Position numbers and translations under genes: made by a program
The notes under the pieces: model-generated
What the model saw: the letters and a program-made list of their open reading frames with translations, nothing else
Database searches by the model: none
What the model was told of the DNA's origin: nothing
Shown: one piece after another, positions 23,487 through 32,805 of the stretch
Numbering within the stretch: position 1 is the first letter of the stretch
Layout of the letters: the number at the start of each line of letters is the position of its first letter
Source: a virus
Taxonomy: Duplodnaviria; Caudoviricetes
Direction: 5' to 3' (one strand)
DNA: 40,307 bases
IMG/VR virus record: IMGVR_UViG_3300032233_001004
Coordinates: 1 to 40,307 of that record

Positions 23487-25274
23487 TTATTTCTTAGCTG
23501 CTGCTGCCGCTGCTTCTTTTGCTTCTTTTCTTGCTGCTGCTTTTTTAGCTTCTAACTCAGCAGCCTTAGCTTCAGCAGATTTTTCAGTTGGTTTAGCAGA
23601 ACCGGCAGGTTGTTTTTGAGCGTCTTTACTAGCAGGAAATTGACCAATAAGAGGGGCTGCTATTGGTGCAGCAACTTCTGCGGATGCAGATGAACCTGCG
23701 GCTGGAGAAGCAGTAGTTGGTAAAAATTCTCTAGGCTCTCTCAAAATGGAATCAGCTTCTTTCTTGTAATCATTTAACAAGGATTTGTATGTATCAGTAG
23801 CAGCAAATCCTGCTTGCAAATCACCAGGCTTTGGAGGAGAAGAACTATTTTCGGATATGCTTTTCACATAAGCAGCATAGGCTTGATGGAATTTTTGAGT
23901 AACAATTCCTTGTTCTGCTTGAATTCTGGCGCGAGCAAATTCATCAGTTACACCAAATCCAACAGTTGGAATGGCATATGGCATAGTAGGCAAAGCAGCT
24001 TCTTTTTGTGCCAATGATTTAGCCAATTCTAAAGCTTGGGTAAATTTTAATTGCAATTGACCTGTTGGGTCTTTTTGCGCCAATCCACTCATTACAGCAT
24101 TTTTGGCAAAATCCGCTTGTGATTGACTAAAGTTTTTTTCAATTTCTGAATTTACACCAGATGTAGTTGTATTGTTTTCTAATTCTTGAATAGAAAATGT
24201 TTTTCCATTAGAAGAAACAGTTTTGCCATCTGCATTAAATTTTGCTCCAGGTATGCCTAGTGCAGCAGCAATAGCGGCTGAAACGTCATCACCTTCTTTG
24301 ACGCCACCTGAAGACATGGTTTGTTTTAATCTTTCTAAAGCGCCACGCCTAGATTGACTTAAACCCAATGTGTTGTTTGTAAATTTTGTAAGCAATGCCA
24401 TTGATGCAGGATCAAGACCTGAGTTTTTGAGGTCATTGCTCAGTAATTTCAATTGCTCATATCCAACTTTCATTCCAGGTGCAGCGGCAGCAACTGTTCC
24501 AGCTGTTTTGTAATCTTCATTAGCTTGTTTGGCCCAAGCAGTAGAATTTTCTTTTTCAACAATGTATTTTTTGGATTGTTCCAATGTGCCTAATTTACCT
24601 ACTACCTTACTAAAGTCATCAGGCGACAATTGTTGACCAGTAGTTTCATTTCTTGCCCAATGGTAATCACCATTTTGATCAACACCGTATTTAATCAAAT
24701 GACCAGTATCGGTATCAATTTGGCTTTTTTCGTTGATAGCACCACCACTTAACAATTTCTTAGCAGCATTAACATTACCAAGTGCATACTGAATAAAAGC
24801 ATTTCCATATTGAGGAGCATTGTCTGCGTTTTGCCATAATTTGGCGTATTCCAATCTGCCAGTTGGGGTTGTCATACCACCAGCAGAAGCTACTTTGTCA
24901 ATAGTTTCATTAGCAACTTGCTGACCTTTAACAGCATTTTGATAACGAAGTAATGCACCTTGCACTGCTCCAGGATCATCTCTTACTTGATGAGCAATGT
25001 CCAAATAATCTCTGGGAGAAGAAGCTGTTTGCAAAGCTGCATTAGCTTTGTCTACAGAATTTGGAAGTTCACTAGTAACCGTAACAGATGGAGTTGCTAC
25101 AGCATTAGCAACAGGAGCAACTTCAGGAACTACAGCACCTTGAACAGGGCGTGTGCCACTATCTAAAGAAATACCGCCAGTACGAATTCCCCGAAAAACA
25201 TCGCCAACTTTATCAAAAAAAGACGGTTCTTCAGATGCATTGGTTGCAACAAGTGCAGGTGCAGCCATAATCAT
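23487..25274 (-). CDS. Putative ejection / internal virion protein
   Basis: 595 aa, Ala/Gln/Lys-rich helical protein in the ejection-gene position. Confidence 0.6.
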   Translation of the reverse strand: MIMAAPALVATNASEEPSFFDKVGDVFRGIRTGGISLDSGTRPVQGAVVPEVAPVANAVATPSVTVTSELPNSVDKANAALQTASSPRDYLDIAHQVRDDPGAVQGALLRYQNAVKGQQVANETIDKVASAGGMTTPTGRLEYAKLWQNADNAPQYGNAFIQYALGNVNAAKKLLSGGAINEKSQIDTDTGHLIKYGVDQNGDYHWARNETTGQQLSPDDFSKVVGKLGTLEQSKKYIVEKENSTAWAKQANEDYKTAGTVAAAAPGMKVGYEQLKLLSNDLKNSGLDPASMALLTKFTNNTLGLSQSRRGALERLKQTMSSGGVKEGDDVSAAIAAALGIPGAKFNADGKTVSSNGKTFSIQELENNTTTSGVNSEIEKNFSQSQADFAKNAVMSGLAQKDPTGQLQLKFTQALELAKSLAQKEAALPTMPYAIPTVGFGVTDEFARARIQAEQGIVTQKFHQAYAAYVKSISENSSSPPKPGDLQAGFAATDTYKSLLNDYKKEADSILREPREFLPTTASPAAGSSASAEVAAPIAAPLIGQFPASKDAQKQPAGSAKPTEKSAEAKAAELEAKKAAARKEAKEAAAAAAKK

Positions 25275-25283
25275 TGCTCCTTA

Positions 25284-25634
25284 TTAGTGAATGTTAGTTA
25301 ATGATGCTGCGTTTACTTGTTTAGCAATTTCATCATCTGAATTTAAACCATATACTGGTTGAATAGGATTAGTTGTATCAACTTTTGGACCATACGCATA
25401 TGCTGGGTTGACTCCTGCTCCTACAGGCGCACCTGCACCCAAAGGAGGGGCTACGGGCGACAATTTGCTTTGTAACCAATCAATTGCTGGTTTGCCGTAT
25501 TCTGTTGCCAAATAGTTAGCAGGAATGTCAATAGCACCTTGCAGCAAACCAGGCATTTCACTGGGGCCGGGTTCGCCAAAGTATTTTTTTTCATCGCCCA
25601 AATATCCTAATCCCAAACCAGAAAAGCCAGCCAT
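25284..25634 (-). CDS. Putative internal virion protein
   Basis: 116 aa, G/P/A-rich. Confidence 0.5.
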   Translation of the reverse strand: MAGFSGLGLGYLGDEKKYFGEPGPSEMPGLLQGAIDIPANYLATEYGKPAIDWLQSKLSPVAPPLGAGAPVGAGVNPAYAYGPKVDTTNPIQPVYGLNSDDEIAKQVNAASLTNIH

Positions 25635-25637
25635 AAT

Positions 25638-26381
25638 TTACCCCACTGCAACAGTTGGTTTAAATCCAAACCCAGAACTCTTGCTGCTGCCAGTTTGAGT
25701 TGTGCCTTGAGTGCCAGCGTAGTTAGGATTGGTAGACTGTTGAGGCGTTCCAAAGACCACAGAAGCGTACTTCTGATAAACGTCTTGGGGTACACCAGCA
25801 TAGCCCACTTGAGCGCCAGCAGCTTGATTTGCGGCACTGAGGCCAGTACCACCAATAGCAGCCAGTTGTTGGGCAGCAGCAGCTTTGTTTGCTTGCACTT
25901 GAGCCTGTGCGCCAGCAGCAGCAGTTGCTTGCCGTTGTGCTTGCAAACCAGCAAGGTTTTCTGTAGCCAATGCAGCACGGGCAGACCCCAAACCACCAGC
26001 CCCACCATAATCGGCTACTTGCTTGTTAACTAGTTCACGACCAGATTCTCGGCCTGATTGCAACGCAGCGTTTATTTGATTTTTTTCGTAATTTGGGTCA
26101 AATAAAGACTGCAATCCTTGTACGCCTGACGTAAGCGCACCTGCACCTGTAAGACCTTGGAGAGCGCCTGTTTTGCCAGCAATGTTACTAGCGTTACCAG
26201 CCGCTGCTGTAGCCGCTGGAGCAACTTGCCCATAAACATCTTTGGCTCCTGTGACGGTGTTTTCATATGCTGGCAAAAATGTATTTTTAAGCGCAGCATT
26301 TTGAAGTGCAATTGTTTCGCGTTGTTCAGGGGTTAATTGAACAGTGGTTTGCTGATTACCTGATGATTTACCGCCGCCCAT
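25638..26381 (-). CDS. Putative DNA transfer / pilot protein
   Basis: MGGGKSSG start, A/G/Q-rich, GGxGSAR motif typical of podovirus ejection proteins. Confidence 0.65.
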   Translation of the reverse strand: MGGGKSSGNQQTTVQLTPEQRETIALQNAALKNTFLPAYENTVTGAKDVYGQVAPAATAAAGNASNIAGKTGALQGLTGAGALTSGVQGLQSLFDPNYEKNQINAALQSGRESGRELVNKQVADYGGAGGLGSARAALATENLAGLQAQRQATAAAGAQAQVQANKAAAAQQLAAIGGTGLSAANQAAGAQVGYAGVPQDVYQKYASVVFGTPQQSTNPNYAGTQGTTQTGSSKSSGFGFKPTVAVG

Positions 26382-26383
26382 GA

Positions 26384-26626
26384 TTACGCTCCTTTACCTT
26401 TCCCGCTCACAGCAGGTTGAGTTGACATCCCAGTGGGGGGATTATCCCATGAACTAATAGTATTGGGGTATGGATTAGGTTGCCCCATTGCAGGTTGACC
26501 GCCTTGGCCTGGGAACGTCACCGCACCTTGCGTACCCTGCATAGGCGGGGTAAGCGTTGATCCACCCATCTTTCCCGATGTCTGGGAAGACTGCGGTGAT
26601 TGAATTTGAGCGGTAGGAATACCCAT
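26384..26626 (-). CDS. Low-complexity hypothetical protein
   Basis: 80 aa, P/Q/G/S-rich, AAGGA RBS. Confidence 0.6.
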   Translation of the reverse strand: MGIPTAQIQSPQSSQTSGKMGGSTLTPPMQGTQGAVTFPGQGGQPAMGQPNPYPNTISSWDNPPTGMSTQPAVSGKGKGA

Positions 26627-26635
26627 TTTTAATCC

Positions 26636-27364
26636 TTAACGAAGTTCGGCCCAACCAGTAAGATTGCCACTTGTACTTGTAACTACATAAGTGGCTCCCG
26701 GAGGAATAATTGTGTCACCAGCAACAGAGTTAGCAGCCGCATAATTTAAAGTTACACCATTAATAGCAATTGCGTAATTGTATGTAGCATTGCTACCAGA
26801 ACTCACCGTTATATGAACAACAATTGATTTGCCAGTATTATTTGTATAAGTAACTCCATAATCGCGTTGTGTGCCAACAGTAAATGTTTGCCATGATTGG
26901 CCCACGCCAATTGCCAAATTAGTACTACTAACCCAATTTGTACCATTACTGGTTAAAACATTGGTAGAAGTGCTAGGTGCAACTGTTTGTAAAGCACTAG
27001 TTCCATTGCCAAGCAAAACATTGTTGACAGTAGCCGTGGCAAGGCCAGTACCTCCATTTGCTACAGGCAATGTACCTGTCACGGCAGTAGTCAAAGGTAC
27101 ACCCGTTACATTGGTCATCACGCCTGATGCAGGTGTTCCCAAAGCAGGTGTAGTCAATGTAGGGCTAGACAACACTCCATTGGTAATAGTAGGTGAAGTT
27201 AACGTAGGACTAGTAGCCAAAACAATGCTGCCGCTACCAGTAGAAGTTGATGCTCCACTGCCACCTTTAGATACGGGTACAGGAGCATTTAAAACTGTTG
27301 GGGCTACTTGTCCAGATGTATCCAAGTAATTAGAAAAATTAGCAAGATTCATTGCTTGAGTCAT
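26636..27364 (-). CDS. Short tail fibre / receptor-binding protein
   Basis: LPVANGGTG repeats and C-terminal IGVGQSWQ...YTNNTGKSI...WAELR tip domain. Confidence 0.8.
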   Translation of the reverse strand: MTQAMNLANFSNYLDTSGQVAPTVLNAPVPVSKGGSGASTSTGSGSIVLATSPTLTSPTITNGVLSSPTLTTPALGTPASGVMTNVTGVPLTTAVTGTLPVANGGTGLATATVNNVLLGNGTSALQTVAPSTSTNVLTSNGTNWVSSTNLAIGVGQSWQTFTVGTQRDYGVTYTNNTGKSIVVHITVSSGSNATYNYAIAINGVTLNYAAANSVAGDTIIPPGATYVVTSTSGNLTGWAELR

Positions 27365-29520
27365 TTGAAACCTTTCAATTGCTTAATTTGCTTTTTGAGC
27401 AAGTTAATTTGCTTTTGCATATCTTTGAACATGTCGTTAATGGTTGGCTCTTGCTCTATGACTACAGGGTAATCCATACCTAACACGGCAGCAGAACTCA
27501 AAGAAGAGGCAGATGCTTCTCCTGCGCTGTTAAAAGACAAGTATTGGCTAGGCTGACCGCTAAAACTTAATGCACCAATGATGGTGTAATTGTATGTCAA
27601 TGCAGCAGAACCGGGCATGGTGTAATCCGTACCCGGACGTAACAAAGCGCCGTTAAACCACATCAAATGGGAATTCCGATAAAACGGAGTAGAAAATACT
27701 ACATTGGTAGAGCCAGAACTAGTTTCGGTGTAGTTTTCAGCAAAAATCAAAGTACTGGCATTATTGAAAGAAAACACAACAATGTCCAAATTGCCGCCAA
27801 TAGAAGGATTGTTTAGCACATACCCTTGATTGGTTCCGACATATGAATAGTCCGTATCTACTAACAATACGCCATTCAAAAACAAAAATTCAGAACCATC
27901 TGTATAGCTAGTAGATATAACAGTTTGACCATTTGTCAATGTTTGGTTATATACAACAAAAGGAACCTTGTCGGCAGAAGTAGTGCCATCAATCAACCTG
28001 ATGTAATAAATGGCTATTACATCATTGAGCGCACAAGCAGAAGCAAAAGTAACGGTAGTGGATGTTCTGGTGAAGTCTGTACCGGGTTTCAGAAAACTGC
28101 CATTGCGAAACACCAAGATTTGATTAGCTTGTGCATTGGAAAAGGTAAATGCCGTTTGACCTGCCGTAGCATGAGTCAACATGGAACTGAATCGCACTTG
28201 GTCAGCAGCGCCAGTTTGGACAACTCTACCAAACGAATCTACTGTGATAGATGATGTAACCAATGGATTGATAGTAAAGCCACCAGTATTTTTGCCTTGC
28301 CCATAAGTGTCAAGATTGATGTTGATAATGCCATTGACATTGGAGGATGAATATGCCAATCGTCCATCAGTAGGGCTTGAAATGTTAGTGACTACTTGCC
28401 CTGATCGTGCATACACATCAATGTATGGATCAAGCACATCGGTCTGCAATGTGACGTTTTGCCAGCCAGAAGTATCAGGCGCATCTTGCGTAAAGCTAAA
28501 TTGCACCGTATTGCCACTTGCCGTTCTAGCCCATAAATTTATGGTGGTTAAAAAAGTAGCCCCTGCATCAAACCATAGGTAGTCTGCTGGGTTGTCGTCC
28601 AATGTCAAAACATCGGATGCTTGTAAGCCAAAAAATTGTTTACCAGCAGGGTTAGAAGTCAAGCCAGTGCCAATAAGATCATTGGCATAACGAACTAAAA
28701 AGTAACGATAAGGGGACTGAACAATAAGCGGTGTTTGGGAAATAATGCCAACAGCTTCTGTTGTGCCAAGTGTAAAAACGTCAAGATTTAAGACATCGCC
28801 CTTGTATTGGATGAAACCAATTGGCTGATAGGTAGACGGTAATACATCAATGTTACGCGCACCATAACACCGGTAATACAACTTGTATGTGCTGCCAAAT
28901 GCAAATGGTGACCATTCGTAATCAGTAGGAGTGGTAGAAACGCTGCCATCAGTGCTAGTGTAAATGCCATAAAACAATTTGCTTGTAGGCGAAGAACTAA
29001 ACCCTGTACCTACAGAATCATCGGCGTACTTAAATACCAAATATTGATTAAAGACAGCAAAAGGATTGTCAAGGTCAATAGACCGAACAGGAACAACACG
29101 CCAATTTTGATTATTGTCAGGTGGTTCTTGTGATACAGCAAACGCTGCATGTCTTCCTCCCGAGGTAGTGATCCATAGCACTTTGGTAATGCCAAAACCA
29201 CCAGTTACTTGTACCCATGTGTAATCTGCGGGGTTGGTGCTTTCTGCGGCAGTATCGTCATTGCGAATACCAAAATATAACCGTCCATATGGATTATCAG
29301 AAAAATTTAAACCAGCGGTATTGTCTGCATATTTAATGTCCAAATACCGGTATTGGTATTGGATGATGTCACCTACGCTATTGGAAATGAATCCCGTTGT
29401 TGGATTATTAGAAACAGTATAAGAAGTGGGAGGTGTGCCATTGTTTAAATTGGCAAGCAAATAGTTAATTGCTCCCGATATTTCGGAAGCACTAGGATCG
29501 CCGTCTAAAGCAAAAGACAT
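27361..29520 (-). CDS. Tail structural protein with internal repeats
   Basis: Three YA(D/N)...G...P...(Y/F)G...PxDYxW repeats and three VFxNGxxL...DY repeats. Confidence 0.7.
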   Translation of the reverse strand: MSFALDGDPSASEISGAINYLLANLNNGTPPTSYTVSNNPTTGFISNSVGDIIQYQYRYLDIKYADNTAGLNFSDNPYGRLYFGIRNDDTAAESTNPADYTWVQVTGGFGITKVLWITTSGGRHAAFAVSQEPPDNNQNWRVVPVRSIDLDNPFAVFNQYLVFKYADDSVGTGFSSSPTSKLFYGIYTSTDGSVSTTPTDYEWSPFAFGSTYKLYYRCYGARNIDVLPSTYQPIGFIQYKGDVLNLDVFTLGTTEAVGIISQTPLIVQSPYRYFLVRYANDLIGTGLTSNPAGKQFFGLQASDVLTLDDNPADYLWFDAGATFLTTINLWARTASGNTVQFSFTQDAPDTSGWQNVTLQTDVLDPYIDVYARSGQVVTNISSPTDGRLAYSSSNVNGIININLDTYGQGKNTGGFTINPLVTSSITVDSFGRVVQTGAADQVRFSSMLTHATAGQTAFTFSNAQANQILVFRNGSFLKPGTDFTRTSTTVTFASACALNDVIAIYYIRLIDGTTSADKVPFVVYNQTLTNGQTVISTSYTDGSEFLFLNGVLLVDTDYSYVGTNQGYVLNNPSIGGNLDIVVFSFNNASTLIFAENYTETSSGSTNVVFSTPFYRNSHLMWFNGALLRPGTDYTMPGSAALTYNYTIIGALSFSGQPSQYLSFNSAGEASASSLSSAAVLGMDYPVVIEQEPTINDMFKDMQKQINLLKKQIKQLKGFK

Positions 29521-31136
29521 TAGAACGCATCCTCAACTACTGTCGCTTGCCAATTCAACGCTGTTAGATTCCATGTGTCAGTAGCATCGTTAGACGCTAC
29601 TTTTATTGAGATGGTGCGTACATTGTTTTGCTGTGTAGTTACCCAAGGTGTATCTGTAGCGATAGACACTACACCAGTTTGTCCATATGTAGGTGCTTGG
29701 GCGGTAGAGTTAGCACCGCCTACAGTAATGTTCATTGTTCCGCTACCAGACACTTCAGGCAGCAAACGATGGGTGTAAACCTTAGAACTGTACGGAACTG
29801 GCCCTTTGTCAGTTTGTAAAACAATGTTGTCCCGTTGGAACAAGCAATTTATTGCACCACTATTGATGAACGAATTGCCTATGCCGGTCTGAATGATCTT
29901 TTGGCTAGTAACCCCACCAGTAAGGTACGAAACCGTCCTGGAGGCGTATTTAAAAGCTCCGCTGACGTATTTGGGCGCTTCACAAGCATTGCAAGCATTG
30001 GCTACATCTTTGGGGGCATTCCACACTTGCAGGTCATAGCGCCAAGACAGCATCTTGTTGCACCAGCCTGTAGAAGTCAAGTCAGGGTAATACAGTTCAA
30101 TTTGGTTTTTTTGCGTATTGTTGACCATGAAAACACGATCCGAATATGCCGTGCTCAAATTGGTAAAAAAGTAATCACGAACTTTTTGGTTGCCCAATGG
30201 ATTGAAATTGGAGCCATCAAAAATCCAAATGTCTCGGCTATCTACGCCATACACATTGGCATCGGTGTTAGACCAGCAGTTATTGTTGAGCAATCCACGG
30301 CCTTGGTTAAACAAACGCACACCAAAAATTGGAGCGGTGCTGTTTTGGTAAGACAACGGGGCAAAGATTACCGTATCCCAATAAGAGCAAACATAGAAAT
30401 TAGCTCCCAAGAAAAACCCGTCAACAATAGGACCGCGCAAAGGAATTTCTTGTTCGTTGGCAATGTTGGTCAGTGTAGGTTGCCAAGTAGCAGGAACACC
30501 GGTATTGGCAAAAGACTGCGACCACCGCACCGTAGTGGGATAGTTCACAGTAGTGCCGCTAGAAATAAAATCTTTGGTTAGGTTACCAGCAATCAGGATG
30601 TTGCCGACATTTGGCGAACAAAAGTTGCGTACAAATTCAGCACGAACTGCACTGACATTGCTTTCATAGTTCCAAATGTAGTTATCAGGGGCAGATCCAT
30701 ATAAGTATATTTCTGTAGCCGTAGGCAAAAAATACATTGGTGGACGCAAAGCATCATTGATAAAGAAAACATTACCAACCCATGAGGTAGTGATGTTTAC
30801 ATCATCGGAATAGCCGCTCAATGCTACATTGGGATTGGCTCCAACGCCTGGGGTAATATTTGTTATGCCACTAGCAGTAATTGCATACCATTTACCGGCA
30901 TTGGTGGCAACAATGTAAGTCCAAATTGTTCCACGGAAACCTCCGTCCACAAAAACAGGATTGCCTGGTACTTGGCTAAGAATCGCCTCTTCGCCAGAAA
31001 TCTTTTTGATACCACGCACATCAGCTTCTACGTTTAATCCATTGTTGTACTCATTTGCACCCAATGCGTTTGAAGGCACATCTGGGGTAAACGACATATT
31101 TAAAAATGGAGTCCGAAGACGGGCGTAATCAGCCAT
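29520..31136 (-). CDS. Tail hub / nozzle protein (P22 gp10-like beta-propeller)
   Basis: 538 aa beta-rich protein with VRWS, IWIFDG and downstream W motifs, in the expected position. Confidence 0.7.
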   Translation of the reverse strand: MADYARLRTPFLNMSFTPDVPSNALGANEYNNGLNVEADVRGIKKISGEEAILSQVPGNPVFVDGGFRGTIWTYIVATNAGKWYAITASGITNITPGVGANPNVALSGYSDDVNITTSWVGNVFFINDALRPPMYFLPTATEIYLYGSAPDNYIWNYESNVSAVRAEFVRNFCSPNVGNILIAGNLTKDFISSGTTVNYPTTVRWSQSFANTGVPATWQPTLTNIANEQEIPLRGPIVDGFFLGANFYVCSYWDTVIFAPLSYQNSTAPIFGVRLFNQGRGLLNNNCWSNTDANVYGVDSRDIWIFDGSNFNPLGNQKVRDYFFTNLSTAYSDRVFMVNNTQKNQIELYYPDLTSTGWCNKMLSWRYDLQVWNAPKDVANACNACEAPKYVSGAFKYASRTVSYLTGGVTSQKIIQTGIGNSFINSGAINCLFQRDNIVLQTDKGPVPYSSKVYTHRLLPEVSGSGTMNITVGGANSTAQAPTYGQTGVVSIATDTPWVTTQQNNVRTISIKVASNDATDTWNLTALNWQATVVEDAF

Positions 31137-31139
31137 TTT

Positions 31140-31499
31140 TTATTCCTGTTTGATCCACGACAAAGATGTTTCGTCCCATGCATATATTTTGTCATCAGTA
31201 GGATATGGTGTAGGGGGAACCCACTGGCAAAGTCCTTCATCCAACGTCCAACTTGCGTATGGTTGCGGCGCAATAAACGCATCACGGGTTACATCATAAA
31301 CATAACCTATACCAGCGTAGTTTTTGCGAATACGCCCGTTGTAACTAGTTTTAATCCACACGCCACCAAATAAATCATGGCAAAATTTTGCTCCAATGGT
31401 TTCTTGTTCGTTGCCATATTGGTCTTTGCATTCGTCATTGCCTACAACAATCACACGCAAAACTGTGTTATCTAATCCTATTTCTGCAAAATGCGCCAT
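31140..31499 (-). CDS. Tail-fibre-associated protein
   Basis: MAHFAEI...TSYN...RKNYAGIG...DAFIAPQPY family that commonly follows Gly-rich fibre genes. Confidence 0.75.
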   Translation of the reverse strand: MAHFAEIGLDNTVLRVIVVGNDECKDQYGNEQETIGAKFCHDLFGGVWIKTSYNGRIRKNYAGIGYVYDVTRDAFIAPQPYASWTLDEGLCQWVPPTPYPTDDKIYAWDETSLSWIKQE

Positions 31500-31507
31500 A
31501 TTTTTAC

Positions 31508-32425
31508 CTACGCTGTATAAGAACCAGAGGCTTTAAAAATCATTACTGTATTTGACCCATTAATAACAACAGTTGGGGAGCCAGTTGTTGTTCCCGTGTA
31601 ATTTCCGGTTGGAACAGAAATAATGACACATCCAGAACCACCATTTCCACCATACCAACTTTGTCCACCACCACCGCCACCGCCGCTGTTTGCAAGCCCA
31701 GCATCTCCTGGTGTGCCGCTAGTTCTGCCCGTGCCACCACCACCAGAACCGCCTGCTGCGCCTGGAGACCCGGCTCCTCCTCCTCCTGCAAAATACAAGC
31801 TGCTGCTAACAACTTGACCAACACTTGCAGATGTAGCCTGTGTAGTGGTAATGAGAGTTGTTGTTGATCCAATGCCACCAGGTCCGCTTACGCCACTGCT
31901 TCCATTTCCACCAACAGCGGCTGCACCACCACCACCACCACCACCATCTTGGGTACTAGAACCTCCGGCAAAACCTTGGCCTGAAGTTCCAGCAGCGCCA
32001 GCTTTAAAAGAAGCACCGCCAGCCCAACCGCCACCGCCAGAACCACCTGATCCATTATTTGTATTTTGCGTACTTCCATATCCACCGCCAATAGCAGTAA
32101 GCGATAATCCAGTGCTATCTGTTCCATTGGTTGCAGAATTGCTTGATGCTGGATTTCCAGTCCCGCCGCCACCAACTGTAACTGAGTACGTTGTAAGGGT
32201 TGATAAAGCAACAGTTCCTGATAAAAATCCACCAGCACCACCACCAGCAGCACCGCCTCCACCACCTCCTCCAACTATTAAATAACTTACGTTATAAGCA
32301 TATCCAGGCCATGTTCCGCTTTGCCTTGCTTGCATTTGTTCAGTAAGCGTCCATTTCCCAGTTGCTTCCGAAATAGAAAGTGTGGGTGGTGTAGCAGACC
32401 GAAGGCTACCTCTAAACCTGTTCAT
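31508..32425 (-). CDS. Glycine-rich tail fibre protein
   Basis: YLIVGGGGGGG, AGGGGAG and GGNGGSGCVII glycine-rich domain. Confidence 0.8.
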   Translation of the reverse strand: MNRFRGSLRSATPPTLSISEATGKWTLTEQMQARQSGTWPGYAYNVSYLIVGGGGGGGAAGGGAGGFLSGTVALSTLTTYSVTVGGGGTGNPASSNSATNGTDSTGLSLTAIGGGYGSTQNTNNGSGGSGGGGWAGGASFKAGAAGTSGQGFAGGSSTQDGGGGGGGAAAVGGNGSSGVSGPGGIGSTTTLITTTQATSASVGQVVSSSLYFAGGGGAGSPGAAGGSGGGGTGRTSGTPGDAGLANSGGGGGGGQSWYGGNGGSGCVIISVPTGNYTGTTTGSPTVVINGSNTVMIFKASGSYTA

Positions 32426-32796
32426 TAGCTTATCGCCTCAAGTGCAGCAACCATTTCGATGGAATTGGTTGTGCCTGATGTGACCACAATAGACTGAGCC
32501 TCACCAACATAAATCATGGTGCTTTTGTCAATAACCAGCAAAGATGAATTGCCTGGGACGCTAGTCTGATAAGTCAACCGATACGCAGTACCACCACCCG
32601 CAGTTGCGCTGTTAATTGACACTGTAACCGTAGCTGCTGTACTTGTAACATTAGATGCAACCATGCTATTGATTTTATTAACCGTGCCAGTGGCAGGAGT
32701 CAAAGCAGTCCACGTTGTTGCCGTGGTGGTGGTTGGGACAAGATATGACGTACTTCCATAAATAGAAGTGACGTTAACTATATTGGGATTTGCCAT
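32425..32796 (-). CDS. Conserved virion structural protein
   Basis: MANPNIVNVTSIYG family, beta-rich, in the fibre cluster. Confidence 0.7.
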   Translation of the reverse strand: MANPNIVNVTSIYGSTSYLVPTTTTATTWTALTPATGTVNKINSMVASNVTSTAATVTVSINSATAGGGTAYRLTYQTSVPGNSSLLVIDKSTMIYVGEAQSIVVTSGTTNSIEMVAALEAIS

Positions 32797-32805
32797 GTTA
32801 TGTCC

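Noticed and set aside
31670-32270. CCA/CCG trinucleotide runs as microsatellites
   Set aside because: Fully explained by poly-glycine codons of the Gly-rich fibre protein
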